The notes beneath the pieces were generated by a model. That model searched no databases and was not told the DNA's origin. It was given only the letters and a program-made list of their open reading frames with translations. From Promethearchaeota archaeon (GTDB taxonomy: Archaea; Asgardarchaeota; Lokiarchaeia; Sigyniarchaeales; SOKP01), in contig JAUWGH010000013.1 in NCBI GenBank assembly GCA_030606485.1, positions 8,162 to 40,161 of the forward strand: a stretch of 32,000 nt of DNA, written 5' to 3'. Position numbers and translations under genes: made by a program. Below are positions 9,306 to 18,039 of this stretch, in pieces. Within the stretch, counting starts at the first letter, position 1; every line of letters begins with the position of its first letter.

Positions 9306-10172
9306 ATGAAAGGAAAATCAATTATTGAAGTTCTATTAGTTTATATTTGCATTTCTTTGATTTCTTGGGTTCTACGTGCATTATTAGCCGATTTATTTAT
9401 TTTAGAAATTGAAATTTTAGGCTGGAGTTATATTGGAGGTACCATTCAAATTTTGATTACATTATTTATTCTACTAATAATAAAAGGAGATTTTAAATCG
9501 TATGGAATCACAAAAATGGGCTGGAAATTTAGCCTTGATATTGGTTTAACAAGTTGGTTAGTCATATTAATTCCAATTGGAGTTCTTATGGTATTCCAAT
9601 TAAATTATATGGGGTTTTTAGATGCAATAATTTTAGCTGGATGTGAAGCTATTGCTATAGTGTTGATTCTTTTGATCATTAGAGGGCGTAATATAGAAGA
9701 TTATGAAATAGACTCATCAAAATCCCGAATAAACGTTATATTTATTGTTTTTTTATTATTATTTCCTATTTTTTTAGGTCTTTTCTTCAATAAATCTCCA
9801 AATATAATGCTAAAAATTATTTCAACAGTAATTTGGCAATTTATTTTTTCTGGATTCGGTGAGGAACTTCGTTATAGAGGATATTATCTATCAAGAATAA
9901 ATGAAGAGTTTGGAAGACCTTACGAATTACTTGGTGTAAAATTTGGTCTTGGGCTAATTTTATCTTCTCTTTTATTCGGACTCAGCCATGTCTTAAATCC
10001 ATTTAGTCCTTTTGAAGGAAAATTTGAATTTGCATGGTGGTGGGGTTTGTGGACATTTTTTGCAGGGTTATTCTTTGGATTTTTAAAAGAAAAGACAAAT
10101 AATATAATAGCACCAGGTATAGCTCATGGTTCTGATGCTATAGGAGAAGCGCTAAATTTAATTTTTTCTTAA
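9306..10172 (+). CDS. CPBP (CAAX/Abi) family intramembrane glutamic endopeptidase
   Basis: Multi-TM protein with GEELRYRG (EExxxR), FGLSH (FxxxH) and AHGSD (HxxxD/N) motifs. Confidence 0.85.
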   Translation: MKGKSIIEVLLVYICISLISWVLRALLADLFILEIEILGWSYIGGTIQILITLFILLIIKGDFKSYGITKMGWKFSLDIGLTSWLVILIPIGVLMVFQLNYMGFLDAIILAGCEAIAIVLILLIIRGRNIEDYEIDSSKSRINVIFIVFLLLFPIFLGLFFNKSPNIMLKIISTVIWQFIFSGFGEELRYRGYYLSRINEEFGRPYELLGVKFGLGLILSSLLFGLSHVLNPFSPFEGKFEFAWWWGLWTFFAGLFFGFLKEKTNNIIAPGIAHGSDAIGEALNLIFS

Positions 10173-10242
10173 TTTTTTCTATTTTCAAGTTATTAAAATT
10201 TAAAAACCCATTAGAAATTTATGTAATCGCTTACCTAAAGTA

Positions 10243-10279
10243 TATAAGATTAGATAATGAGAAATAAAAGATTTTATTT
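10243..10279 (+). repeat. 37-bp imperfect direct repeat, copy 2
   Basis: tataagattagataatgagaaataaaagattttattt; 33/37 identical to 6324-6360. Confidence 0.75.
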
Positions 10280-10336
10280 AATGAATAAAAAGAAAAAATC
10301 AAAAAAAAAGATTTAAAATTTTTAATAGATTTTTTT

Positions 10337-11743
10337 TTAACTCTTTAATTGTAACTCTTTTAATTTTAACTCTTTTTCAGCGTGTATATCCAAGATTTTC
10401 TGTTTAACTTCTTTCAGATAATCTCCTTTAAGAGGATACAATATAAGAATTATTGCACCAATTAATACCAATATACCAGGAATTAAACCAATCAGTGCTT
10501 TTATTACCAATAATGCAGATGTGGGTTGAGGTAAAATGATTTCACCTGTTGCAGAGGTTAAAAAACCCGCAATTGTTAATAACGATGGACCTATTATTAA
10601 AGAGAGAGATTGAGCAGGTTTTGTTATCAATGCATTTACTCCGAAGAAAGCGGCTTCTCTTCTAACGCCTGTCCTTATTTCATCTTCATCACAAACTTGT
10701 GCAAAGAGAACATTTGTCAAAACTAATGGTCCGGATAATCCGAAGCCAGCTACGAGTAGAAAGAGATATATAATAACCCCATCAACGAAAAAGATTAACA
10801 TTAAAGGAATAGAACCGATAACCAAAAGCAGTTGATTAGCCTTAACTACACCAAGTTTACCTGCAAGAATATTGGCAACAAATGTCCCAACTATAAGTCC
10901 GATGATAACGCATAAATATAAGAATATCGAACTAACTTGCATAACATAATCAGCTAAATAAAAAATGTGGCTAAGTAATAGTTGTTGCATAAAAATAGAC
11001 ATAAAATTCGCACTTACTAATATTATAAATGATTTACTCTTAAAGGTATATTTCAATGAATCTTTTAAACCAAGAGGGATATCTACTTGCGTGAACTCTG
11101 GACGTTCTTTGAACTTATAAGTCGTAATTAGAATAAGTATCGCACCAACAATTCCTATTATCATCATTCCTATGTAGAAAGGGAATAGATCTGTTTGACC
11201 TACATGAGGTCGTAATATCTCTGGTAAGACAAATCCTAAAATCATTCCCACTAAAGATAATAAAGAAGCATACGTTTGAAGTGACCCTCTTTCCTTCTCA
11301 TCCTCTGTGATTTCTGGTAATAGTGCTGAATAGACTAAAAAGATAATCGTGTAGAATGTATCATAAAGTGCCATGGTCACCAACATCCAAATGAATATCC
11401 CAATTTGATCCAAACCTATTGGAACTAACCAGACTAAAATGAAAGTTAATCCCAAAAATGGTGCTGAATATCTCATGAAAGGGATACGCCGACCCTTTTT
11501 ACTGCGACTTCTATCTGACCAAAATCCGAATAATGGATCATTTACGGCATTCCATACAGCATACATTATAGCAGATAGTGCAATCCAGGAAGCACCTAAG
11601 TTCATATAAACATGATAAAAGTACTGCAATGTAGCACCATAAATATTAGAAATGATAGCGCCACCGAAAGAAGCACTAGCCCAAAATATTTTTTCTTTTC
11701 TTGAAAATTTTCGCATTATTTTACTTCCAGCCATATATTTCAC
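10337..11743 (-). CDS. MFS transporter, GPH (MelB-like) family; true start may be ATG at 11734 or 11716
   Basis: WNAVNDPLFGFWSDRSRSKKGRRIPF, LVYSALLPEIT, DEDEIRTGVRREAAFFG; about 12 TM helices. Confidence 0.9.
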   Translation of the reverse strand: MKYMAGSKIMRKFSRKEKIFWASASFGGAIISNIYGATLQYFYHVYMNLGASWIALSAIMYAVWNAVNDPLFGFWSDRSRSKKGRRIPFMRYSAPFLGLTFILVWLVPIGLDQIGIFIWMLVTMALYDTFYTIIFLVYSALLPEITEDEKERGSLQTYASLLSLVGMILGFVLPEILRPHVGQTDLFPFYIGMMIIGIVGAILILITTYKFKERPEFTQVDIPLGLKDSLKYTFKSKSFIILVSANFMSIFMQQLLLSHIFYLADYVMQVSSIFLYLCVIIGLIVGTFVANILAGKLGVVKANQLLLVIGSIPLMLIFFVDGVIIYLFLLVAGFGLSGPLVLTNVLFAQVCDEDEIRTGVRREAAFFGVNALITKPAQSLSLIIGPSLLTIAGFLTSATGEIILPQPTSALLVIKALIGLIPGILVLIGAIILILYPLKGDYLKEVKQKILDIHAEKELKLKELQLKS

Positions 11744-12040
11744 TTTTTTTTTATTTGTATCTTTTAAAATCGAATTTAACTAATTTTTTATTAAATTTTC
11801 TTGAATTTTATTAGAATATTTTTTGTTTAAGTATTATTTAATGTTATCTAATGTTTTATATTGTAAAATTATAAATTGATTTAACTTTTCTCCATAAAAT
11901 AATATTAATGATATTTAAGTTGTAATGAATTTTCTGATAAAAAAAAGATTTTAAAAAAAAGGTTTACAATTTGGTTATATAATATGTATCTCAGATTTTA
12001 TGGCTGAAAAATATATTAAATCTGACCTTAATTATTTGTT

Positions 12041-12883
12041 TTAGCTGATTTTGGGTGGTACGGGAGGATTTCCCAGCATTTCCCTCATCTGCTCTTGAAA
12101 GTTATCGAAGTGTCCGGGTAAAATTTTTTGAACATAGAATGCTTCGGCTGCTTTAAGTTTAACCTTCTGTCCAATGCCAGCAGCCATGGAACGAAATAAT
12201 TTATTTGCATATTTAGATAGTTTTTTCAGATCCTCTGGACTAACATTGGCAGGGTCAATATTTGGTGCAAATAATTGAGCTATGAGTGTTAGTGAGACTT
12301 CGAACTTTAGGATAGCATTAATTTTCTTTTCGAGGGTTGAAGAGATGTCTACAAAGTAATTAGGCAAGTGGCCTAGCAAACCCATATACCATACTTCAGA
12401 GCATGCATAAGGCTCGATACCCTCTTTAATTTGTTCAGGATATAGCAATGGGAAGACTGCGAAAGCTCCTGCCTCTGATGCCATTCGTCCCACAATTAAG
12501 TGGTCGGGATGCACTTCATAAGTTGCCCAAGGATCTAAAGTTACTATTCGGTCTGCTTTTAATTTCCTAACATAATATACAAGCTTTTTTCGTAGCTCTG
12601 GTCCTGGTATAAATCCACCATCTGGATACTCTAACATTAGACTTTCTTTCACTCCAAGTATTTTATTAGCAACTCTGAGTTCTTTTTCTCGCATATCAGC
12701 TACCTGTTCCCTTGTTAAATCAGTTCTTACTGTTCCTATATTTCCGCTTGTGCAACATACCACATAAATGTTATGCCCTTCTTCTGCCCACTTAGCTATT
12801 GTTCCCGCACAGAAGAATGTTAGGTCGTCGGGATGAGCAATAATCGCGACAATATTTAAAGATTTGGATTTCAACATAATCAC
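12041..12883 (-). CDS. PIG-L/LmbE-family deacetylase; likely start ATG at 12877
   Basis: IIAHPDD, REKELRVANKILG, HPDH metal-binding motifs; AEAF near the C-terminus. Confidence 0.9.
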   Translation of the reverse strand: MIMLKSKSLNIVAIIAHPDDLTFFCAGTIAKWAEEGHNIYVVCCTSGNIGTVRTDLTREQVADMREKELRVANKILGVKESLMLEYPDGGFIPGPELRKKLVYYVRKLKADRIVTLDPWATYEVHPDHLIVGRMASEAGAFAVFPLLYPEQIKEGIEPYACSEVWYMGLLGHLPNYFVDISSTLEKKINAILKFEVSLTLIAQLFAPNIDPANVSPEDLKKLSKYANKLFRSMAAGIGQKVKLKAAEAFYVQKILPGHFDNFQEQMREMLGNPPVPPKIS

Positions 12884-13180
12884 CTAGAGATCTCTCTCAT
12901 TTTTATTATATACATGTTGTCCACTTTTTAGAAAGATAATTTATATTAATTAAATTTTGATCTTATTAGAAAACTTTTTGTATTAGAAATATTTAATGAT
13001 TTTCATTATTATAATTATAATAACCCTAATGGGTTTTTAGCCATAAATTTTATTTAAATGTTCAAACTATGTTAAAATTATTGTAAAAAAAAAAACATTA
13101 TTAAAAACTAAAAGATTGTAATTAGATTATATAATTATTATTTAATATTTTAAGAAATCCCAATCAACGGCAGATTTTTT

Positions 13181-13861
13181 ATGGTAAGAATTGAAGAGGA
13201 TGGCCGAATACACATAAAAGTTTTATACTGGGGAATGGCTGGTTCTGGTAAAACTACTATTGTAGATACTTTACATCGTCTTACAAAAGAACAAAAATTA
13301 GATATGACACCCAAGGGAGAATTAAAAAAAATAGATATGGCAAATGGTTCTACTTTATACTTTGATAGAGGGATTTTTCAATCCACAAAAACCCCTAAGA
13401 TTTTTTACCATATTTATACAGTTGCAGGTCAAACTCAATTCTCTCCGTTAAGAAAGACGGTATTCGAAGGAACAGATGGAGTACTTTTCGTTGTGGATTC
13501 TCAAACTTTTCTTTTTGAAGATAATATTGAATCATTAAAAGAATTAAAAAAAGTAGCTCAAGGAGATTTAATAAAAGAAATTCCCATGGTTGTAATGCTT
13601 AATAAGAAGGACTTAGATGAAACAATTGGTGCCAGTGAATTTGAGCATATTTTAAAAGAAGAAGGATTATGGTATTCTCCCCCTAATAAATTATCTCTAT
13701 GGAATCCTATTATTTTTGAGACTTGTGCATTATATGATTTAAAAAGGGATATATATCGGAGTTTTTATGAATGTGCTAGAAGAACAGCACTATATCACAT
13801 ATATGGAAATGGAACCGCACCTATTGATGATGAATTTTTAAAAAAGTATGATAAAAAATAA
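13181..13861 (+). CDS. Small GTPase, MglA/Arf-like
   Basis: KVLYWGMAGSGKTT (G1), TLYFD (switch I), TVAGQ (MglA-type G3), GVLFVVDS, NKKD (G4), ETCA (G5). Confidence 0.85.
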   Translation: MVRIEEDGRIHIKVLYWGMAGSGKTTIVDTLHRLTKEQKLDMTPKGELKKIDMANGSTLYFDRGIFQSTKTPKIFYHIYTVAGQTQFSPLRKTVFEGTDGVLFVVDSQTFLFEDNIESLKELKKVAQGDLIKEIPMVVMLNKKDLDETIGASEFEHILKEEGLWYSPPNKLSLWNPIIFETCALYDLKRDIYRSFYECARRTALYHIYGNGTAPIDDEFLKKYDKK

Positions 13862-14058
13862 ATGAGTAATTAATATCCTTGTTATGATCTTCTTTTTTAC
13901 CTTTTCATTGAGTTTTAGAACTTCTTTTCTTATTTCTAGATCTTAATTTTTATTAATCTCTAGTAAGACTTTTGTTATTTTGAAAACCAATAAAAGTATA
14001 TGCCCTATGAAAAATAGAAAATAAATTTTTATTTCCGGAATTGATTTAAAAAATATAT

Positions 14059-14559
14059 ATGAACTTCCAGGAATTACTTGAGCAAATGCCTGATATTTTT
14101 GAAAAGGTTAAAGATGATGTTCGAAGAGTGGTAGGACATCATAGGGCAGGTTTAAGTTTGGGATTGGTAGATATGGGTATGTTCAAAGGAAATTTTATCG
14201 GTGGAATGTTTTTTCCTGGTGGGACAATGATTCTAATGAATAGAACCCCTTTAAAAATAATAATTACAGAACAACCAAATAATATCGTGTGGGCATATAC
14301 TTATCATATCCTATTGCACGAATATATTCATTCGTTAGGTGTTTTTGATGAACACGCCTGTCGAACAATTACCCGTGAGATTACTGAAAAAACTTTTAGT
14401 AATCTTTCACATCCAGCGGTTGTTTTAGCAAGACGTGGGTTAGGGACCTATTTTCCTAATTTACATTTAATATATGCACCCTCTGATATAGACACGAGTG
14501 AGATGGAGATTGAATACGTAAAGGGTTTTGATAGAGAAAGTCAAACTTATTTTGCTTAA
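14059..14559 (+). CDS. Small putative zincin-type metallopeptidase
   Basis: HILLHEYIHSLGVFDE: HExxH plus a downstream acidic residue. Confidence 0.6.
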   Translation: MNFQELLEQMPDIFEKVKDDVRRVVGHHRAGLSLGLVDMGMFKGNFIGGMFFPGGTMILMNRTPLKIIITEQPNNIVWAYTYHILLHEYIHSLGVFDEHACRTITREITEKTFSNLSHPAVVLARRGLGTYFPNLHLIYAPSDIDTSEMEIEYVKGFDRESQTYFA

Positions 14560-14990
14560 TAATTGGACAATGTTTTAAATATGAATTTATTCATAGATTT
14601 TCCATCTAAATTGAAAATTCATAAAAAAAATTGATTTATTTATTGAAATAATGAAAATCCTTGAAAGTACCAGAAGAATAGATTGAGTTATTTAAAATAA
14701 AAAGGTAGCCCAATTTTGAGATATTATGTTTTTTTTAGAAAATATTCTTTATTTCTCTTATAACCATCAATATTTTATTTCATTAAAGAATCTCTATCTC
14801 GATATTTAACTTTGATAATTAGAGTTAATCATTTTCTCTAAAAATTTGTTGAGAAATAACATTGATGGTTTGAATTTTAAAAAAGTTAATTTAAAATTTG
14901 GTAAATAATTTCTCTAAATGTTATTTTCAATTTATTTAACTATGAAAAGGAATCATAAAAAATAAAAAATATAATTTCGAGGAAAAAACT

Positions 14991-16481
14991 ATGAGTTACA
15001 AAAAACCTGATAATAAAGATTTGGAGGCTATGATTGGGATTGTAGGTAAAAATTACGCAACCGCAAACGATGCAATCTGTGCGTCCTATCTTAGTAAAAG
15101 CGTTATGGGACTCGAGGCTCAAATCCCTGACATCGTTATTCGTCCAAAATACCCTGAAGAAATTAGAAAAATTCTTGTCTATTGTTCTCAAGAGAAGATT
15201 CCAGTGTCGCCCATATCTGGAGGATTATCTGGAGGGTTCGCATGCCCATTAATAAGACCCGGAGGCGTTGTATTAGATTTAAGTAGAATGGATCGTATAA
15301 TAGAAATTGATACCGAAAATAGAATTGCAATAATTGAACCCGGAGTAACACTCGGTCAATTATGGGCATATATGCATAAGCACACCCCAGAATATTGCCC
15401 TCCCATTCCCGATGGAGCTCCTCCTTCATCAACCGTTATGGGAGATGCAATTGATAGAGGGTTCTCTTTAGTCACCTCATCCATGGGGCCTCAAGGAGAT
15501 ATATTCATGTGCGCAGAAGTAGTCATTCCAAGAGGTGATATACTCTATACAGGTTCGTGGGCTCTCCCTACAGCAAAACCATTTTATAAATATGGTATAG
15601 GACCAGATCTGTGGTCTACCTTAATGGGCTCACAAGGAACTATGGGGGTCATCACAAAAGTAGCAATTAAAATCTTTCCCCATCCAGAACATAAGACTGT
15701 TGTGGTTTGGGGCATGAGTAACCCACAGGATATGCAAAATTTAACATGGCAAATTGGAAATCAAGAATTTGGAATTGCACATCACTGTGTTATGGTTCAA
15801 GGTGGAAATTATCCACTTGTAATGACGCGCTGGCCTAAAGAGAAAGTTCCTCATGATTACGAATTTTACAAAGAAATTGGATTTTCTAAGTGGTGGATGA
15901 ATTTTGAAGTCTGGGCACAAACTCAAGAAGAATTAGAATATACTGAAAAAAGAATCGATGAATTTGCTAAAAAATTTATGGAATCTAAAGAATGCAAAGA
16001 TCCGAAATCTATAAAAAAACAAGAATTACATCCAAAACAAATTGCCAGTAGATTAAAGAAACCTAACAAAATTGCAATTCCATATGGCTACTGGGAAGCT
16101 GGATTTCTCTTCATAACCTGGTATACGCCATGGAAAGATTGTGCGGAATTTGCTGAAATGTACACTAAGGTCCTTGAAGATCATGGTATTGCACCGGTAA
16201 TGTGGATTGCAAGCGTTGAAAGATGTAGACAAGCTATTTGTATGCCAATAATTTGCTTTGACTCAACGAAACAAGAAGATTTTGAAAAAGTACAAGAAAT
16301 TAATCGTATCACCACTGAATATTCCATTAAAAGAGGTTGGTTAAATTATCGACCGGATCCTTACATCCATGCACCAATGATGTATTCTCAAGCAGGTACA
16401 TATTTGAAATATTTAAGAGAGGTTAAGAAAATGTTTGATCCTAATTTTATAATGCATCCAGGGAGGTTAATGCTTCCATAA
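14991..16481 (+). CDS. FAD-binding oxidoreductase (VAO/PCMH fold)
   Basis: IVIRPK, VLDLSRMDRIIEID, IIEPGVTLGQL, GDAIDRG, YKYGIGPD, GTMGVITKV, GWLNYRP, FDPNFIMHPGR. Confidence 0.9.
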   Translation: MSYKKPDNKDLEAMIGIVGKNYATANDAICASYLSKSVMGLEAQIPDIVIRPKYPEEIRKILVYCSQEKIPVSPISGGLSGGFACPLIRPGGVVLDLSRMDRIIEIDTENRIAIIEPGVTLGQLWAYMHKHTPEYCPPIPDGAPPSSTVMGDAIDRGFSLVTSSMGPQGDIFMCAEVVIPRGDILYTGSWALPTAKPFYKYGIGPDLWSTLMGSQGTMGVITKVAIKIFPHPEHKTVVVWGMSNPQDMQNLTWQIGNQEFGIAHHCVMVQGGNYPLVMTRWPKEKVPHDYEFYKEIGFSKWWMNFEVWAQTQEELEYTEKRIDEFAKKFMESKECKDPKSIKKQELHPKQIASRLKKPNKIAIPYGYWEAGFLFITWYTPWKDCAEFAEMYTKVLEDHGIAPVMWIASVERCRQAICMPIICFDSTKQEDFEKVQEINRITTEYSIKRGWLNYRPDPYIHAPMMYSQAGTYLKYLREVKKMFDPNFIMHPGRLMLP

Positions 16482-16493
16482 ATGGAAGGAAAA

Positions 16494-16499
16494 GGAGGT
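16494..16499 (+). promoter_or_regulatory. Shine-Dalgarno site GGAGGT
   Basis: GGAGGT ends 8 nt upstream of the ATG at 16508. Confidence 0.7.
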
Positions 16500-16507
16500 T
16501 AATAGAT

Positions 16508-17815
16508 ATGGAAAGATTAGAAGTAATGAAAAAAGAACTTTATCGTTGTATTCATTGCAAGGCGTGTAAATTTACATATAGTGGAGATCCAAGCAGAGAT
16601 GGAGTAGGAGAACATAAAGGAGTCCTATATGAAGGCATGGTTCCGAGCTGTCCAAGTGGTTTAGAATATGGCTGGGAGAGTTTTTGGAATGCCGGAAGAA
16701 TGTGGATTGCTCGTTGTATTTTGGAAGGAGATTTAGAGTTTTCGGAAAATGTCCGTGATACGATAATGCAATGCATAACTTGTGGGATGTGTGAAGTCCA
16801 GTGTGAAAATAAGGTTCCATGCGTTGATATTATTGAATCATTACGGGCAGCTTGTTATTTTTCTGGAGTGCCTCTTATCGAGAAACACGAATTAGTCTCA
16901 AAATTCGTAGTAGAAAGAAATAATCCTTATGGTGGAGATAAAGACAAAAGATTTGAATGGGTAAAAGAAAATGGGCTTGAAGAATACTTAGACAAAAAAG
17001 GTGCCAAAATTGCTTATTATGTAGGTTGCACTGCAAGTTATAGGCAAATAAATATTGCGGTCGCTACTTGTAAAATTTTTAAAAGATTAGGTATTGATTT
17101 TGCGTTGGTCACAAAAGAAGTTTGCTGCGGTAGCCCATTCTTTAGGATTGGAAGAACCGATATTTCGCAAGATTTAATGAATACAAACCTTGAACTTTTT
17201 AAAAAATATGAAATGGTTTTATTTTCTTGCGCTGGCTGCTATCGAACCTTTACAGTGGACTATCCGAAATGGATTAAAAAAGAATTACCCTTTAAAACAA
17301 ATCATGCTTTTGAGTTAATTTCAGATATGGTGAAAGATGGAAAAATTAAATTTAAAGAAAATCCAGAATTAAGAGGAAAAGTAGTCACATATCACGATCC
17401 TTGCCATACTGGTCGTCATTTTTTCATTGATGCTCAGAGAAAAATTATTGATGAGTCTAAGAATTTAATATTTGACTTAAGAAAGATTAATAAATGGAAA
17501 GAGGAATGGTTTGAGAAGCCTAGAATCATAATTCGTGCATTACCCGGTGTTAAATTTAAGGAGATGTACAGAATTCATGAGAATTCGTTCTGTTGTGGAG
17601 CAGGTGGTGGAGTTAGAGCGGGATATCCTGATTTCAGTTTAAAAACAGCAAGTTTAAGGCTTGATGAAGCTGAAGCCGTTGGTGCTGATATTATGTTAAC
17701 GGAGTGTCCATTCTGTTGGAGGAATCTAGATGATGCAAACACAATGTTCAATCACGGCATACCAGTTTATGGCATTTTAGAATTAATTGACAAATATGAT
17801 TTAATTGCAGATTAA
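16508..17815 (+). CDS. (Fe-S)-binding protein, HdrD/GlcF-like CCG-domain protein
   Basis: CIHCKAC...CP, CITCGMCEVQC, YVGC/VCCGSP/SCAGC, YHDPCHTGRH/FCCGAGGG/ECPFC. Confidence 0.9.
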   Translation: MERLEVMKKELYRCIHCKACKFTYSGDPSRDGVGEHKGVLYEGMVPSCPSGLEYGWESFWNAGRMWIARCILEGDLEFSENVRDTIMQCITCGMCEVQCENKVPCVDIIESLRAACYFSGVPLIEKHELVSKFVVERNNPYGGDKDKRFEWVKENGLEEYLDKKGAKIAYYVGCTASYRQINIAVATCKIFKRLGIDFALVTKEVCCGSPFFRIGRTDISQDLMNTNLELFKKYEMVLFSCAGCYRTFTVDYPKWIKKELPFKTNHAFELISDMVKDGKIKFKENPELRGKVVTYHDPCHTGRHFFIDAQRKIIDESKNLIFDLRKINKWKEEWFEKPRIIIRALPGVKFKEMYRIHENSFCCGAGGGVRAGYPDFSLKTASLRLDEAEAVGADIMLTECPFCWRNLDDANTMFNHGIPVYGILELIDKYDLIAD

Positions 17816-18039
17816 AAAAATTAATTTTTAATCTTTTTTTTCTTAATTATACTAAATACTAAAAGATTTAGTCGAAGTCTTTATTATTCTAATTAATTTA
17901 CTTAAAGGAATTTAGTTATTACTTTGTTTTTTGATAGATTTTAGCTGATTGGGAGGTTATTTTATTTTTATTTTTTTTAACCATAATTATTTATTTTTAA
18001 TTTATTATATCTAATTTAGAATTTACAACAAACAATTAT

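Noticed and set aside
12880-12900. 6-codon uORF (MREISR*) and AGAGATCTCT palindrome before the deacetylase gene
   Set aside because: Expected by chance. The AGGTGA within it is more simply explained as an SD-like site.
17939-17950. 12-bp match TTTTAGCTGATT with 12039-12050
   Set aside because: Short, does not extend, and preserves no reading frame; compatible with chance.
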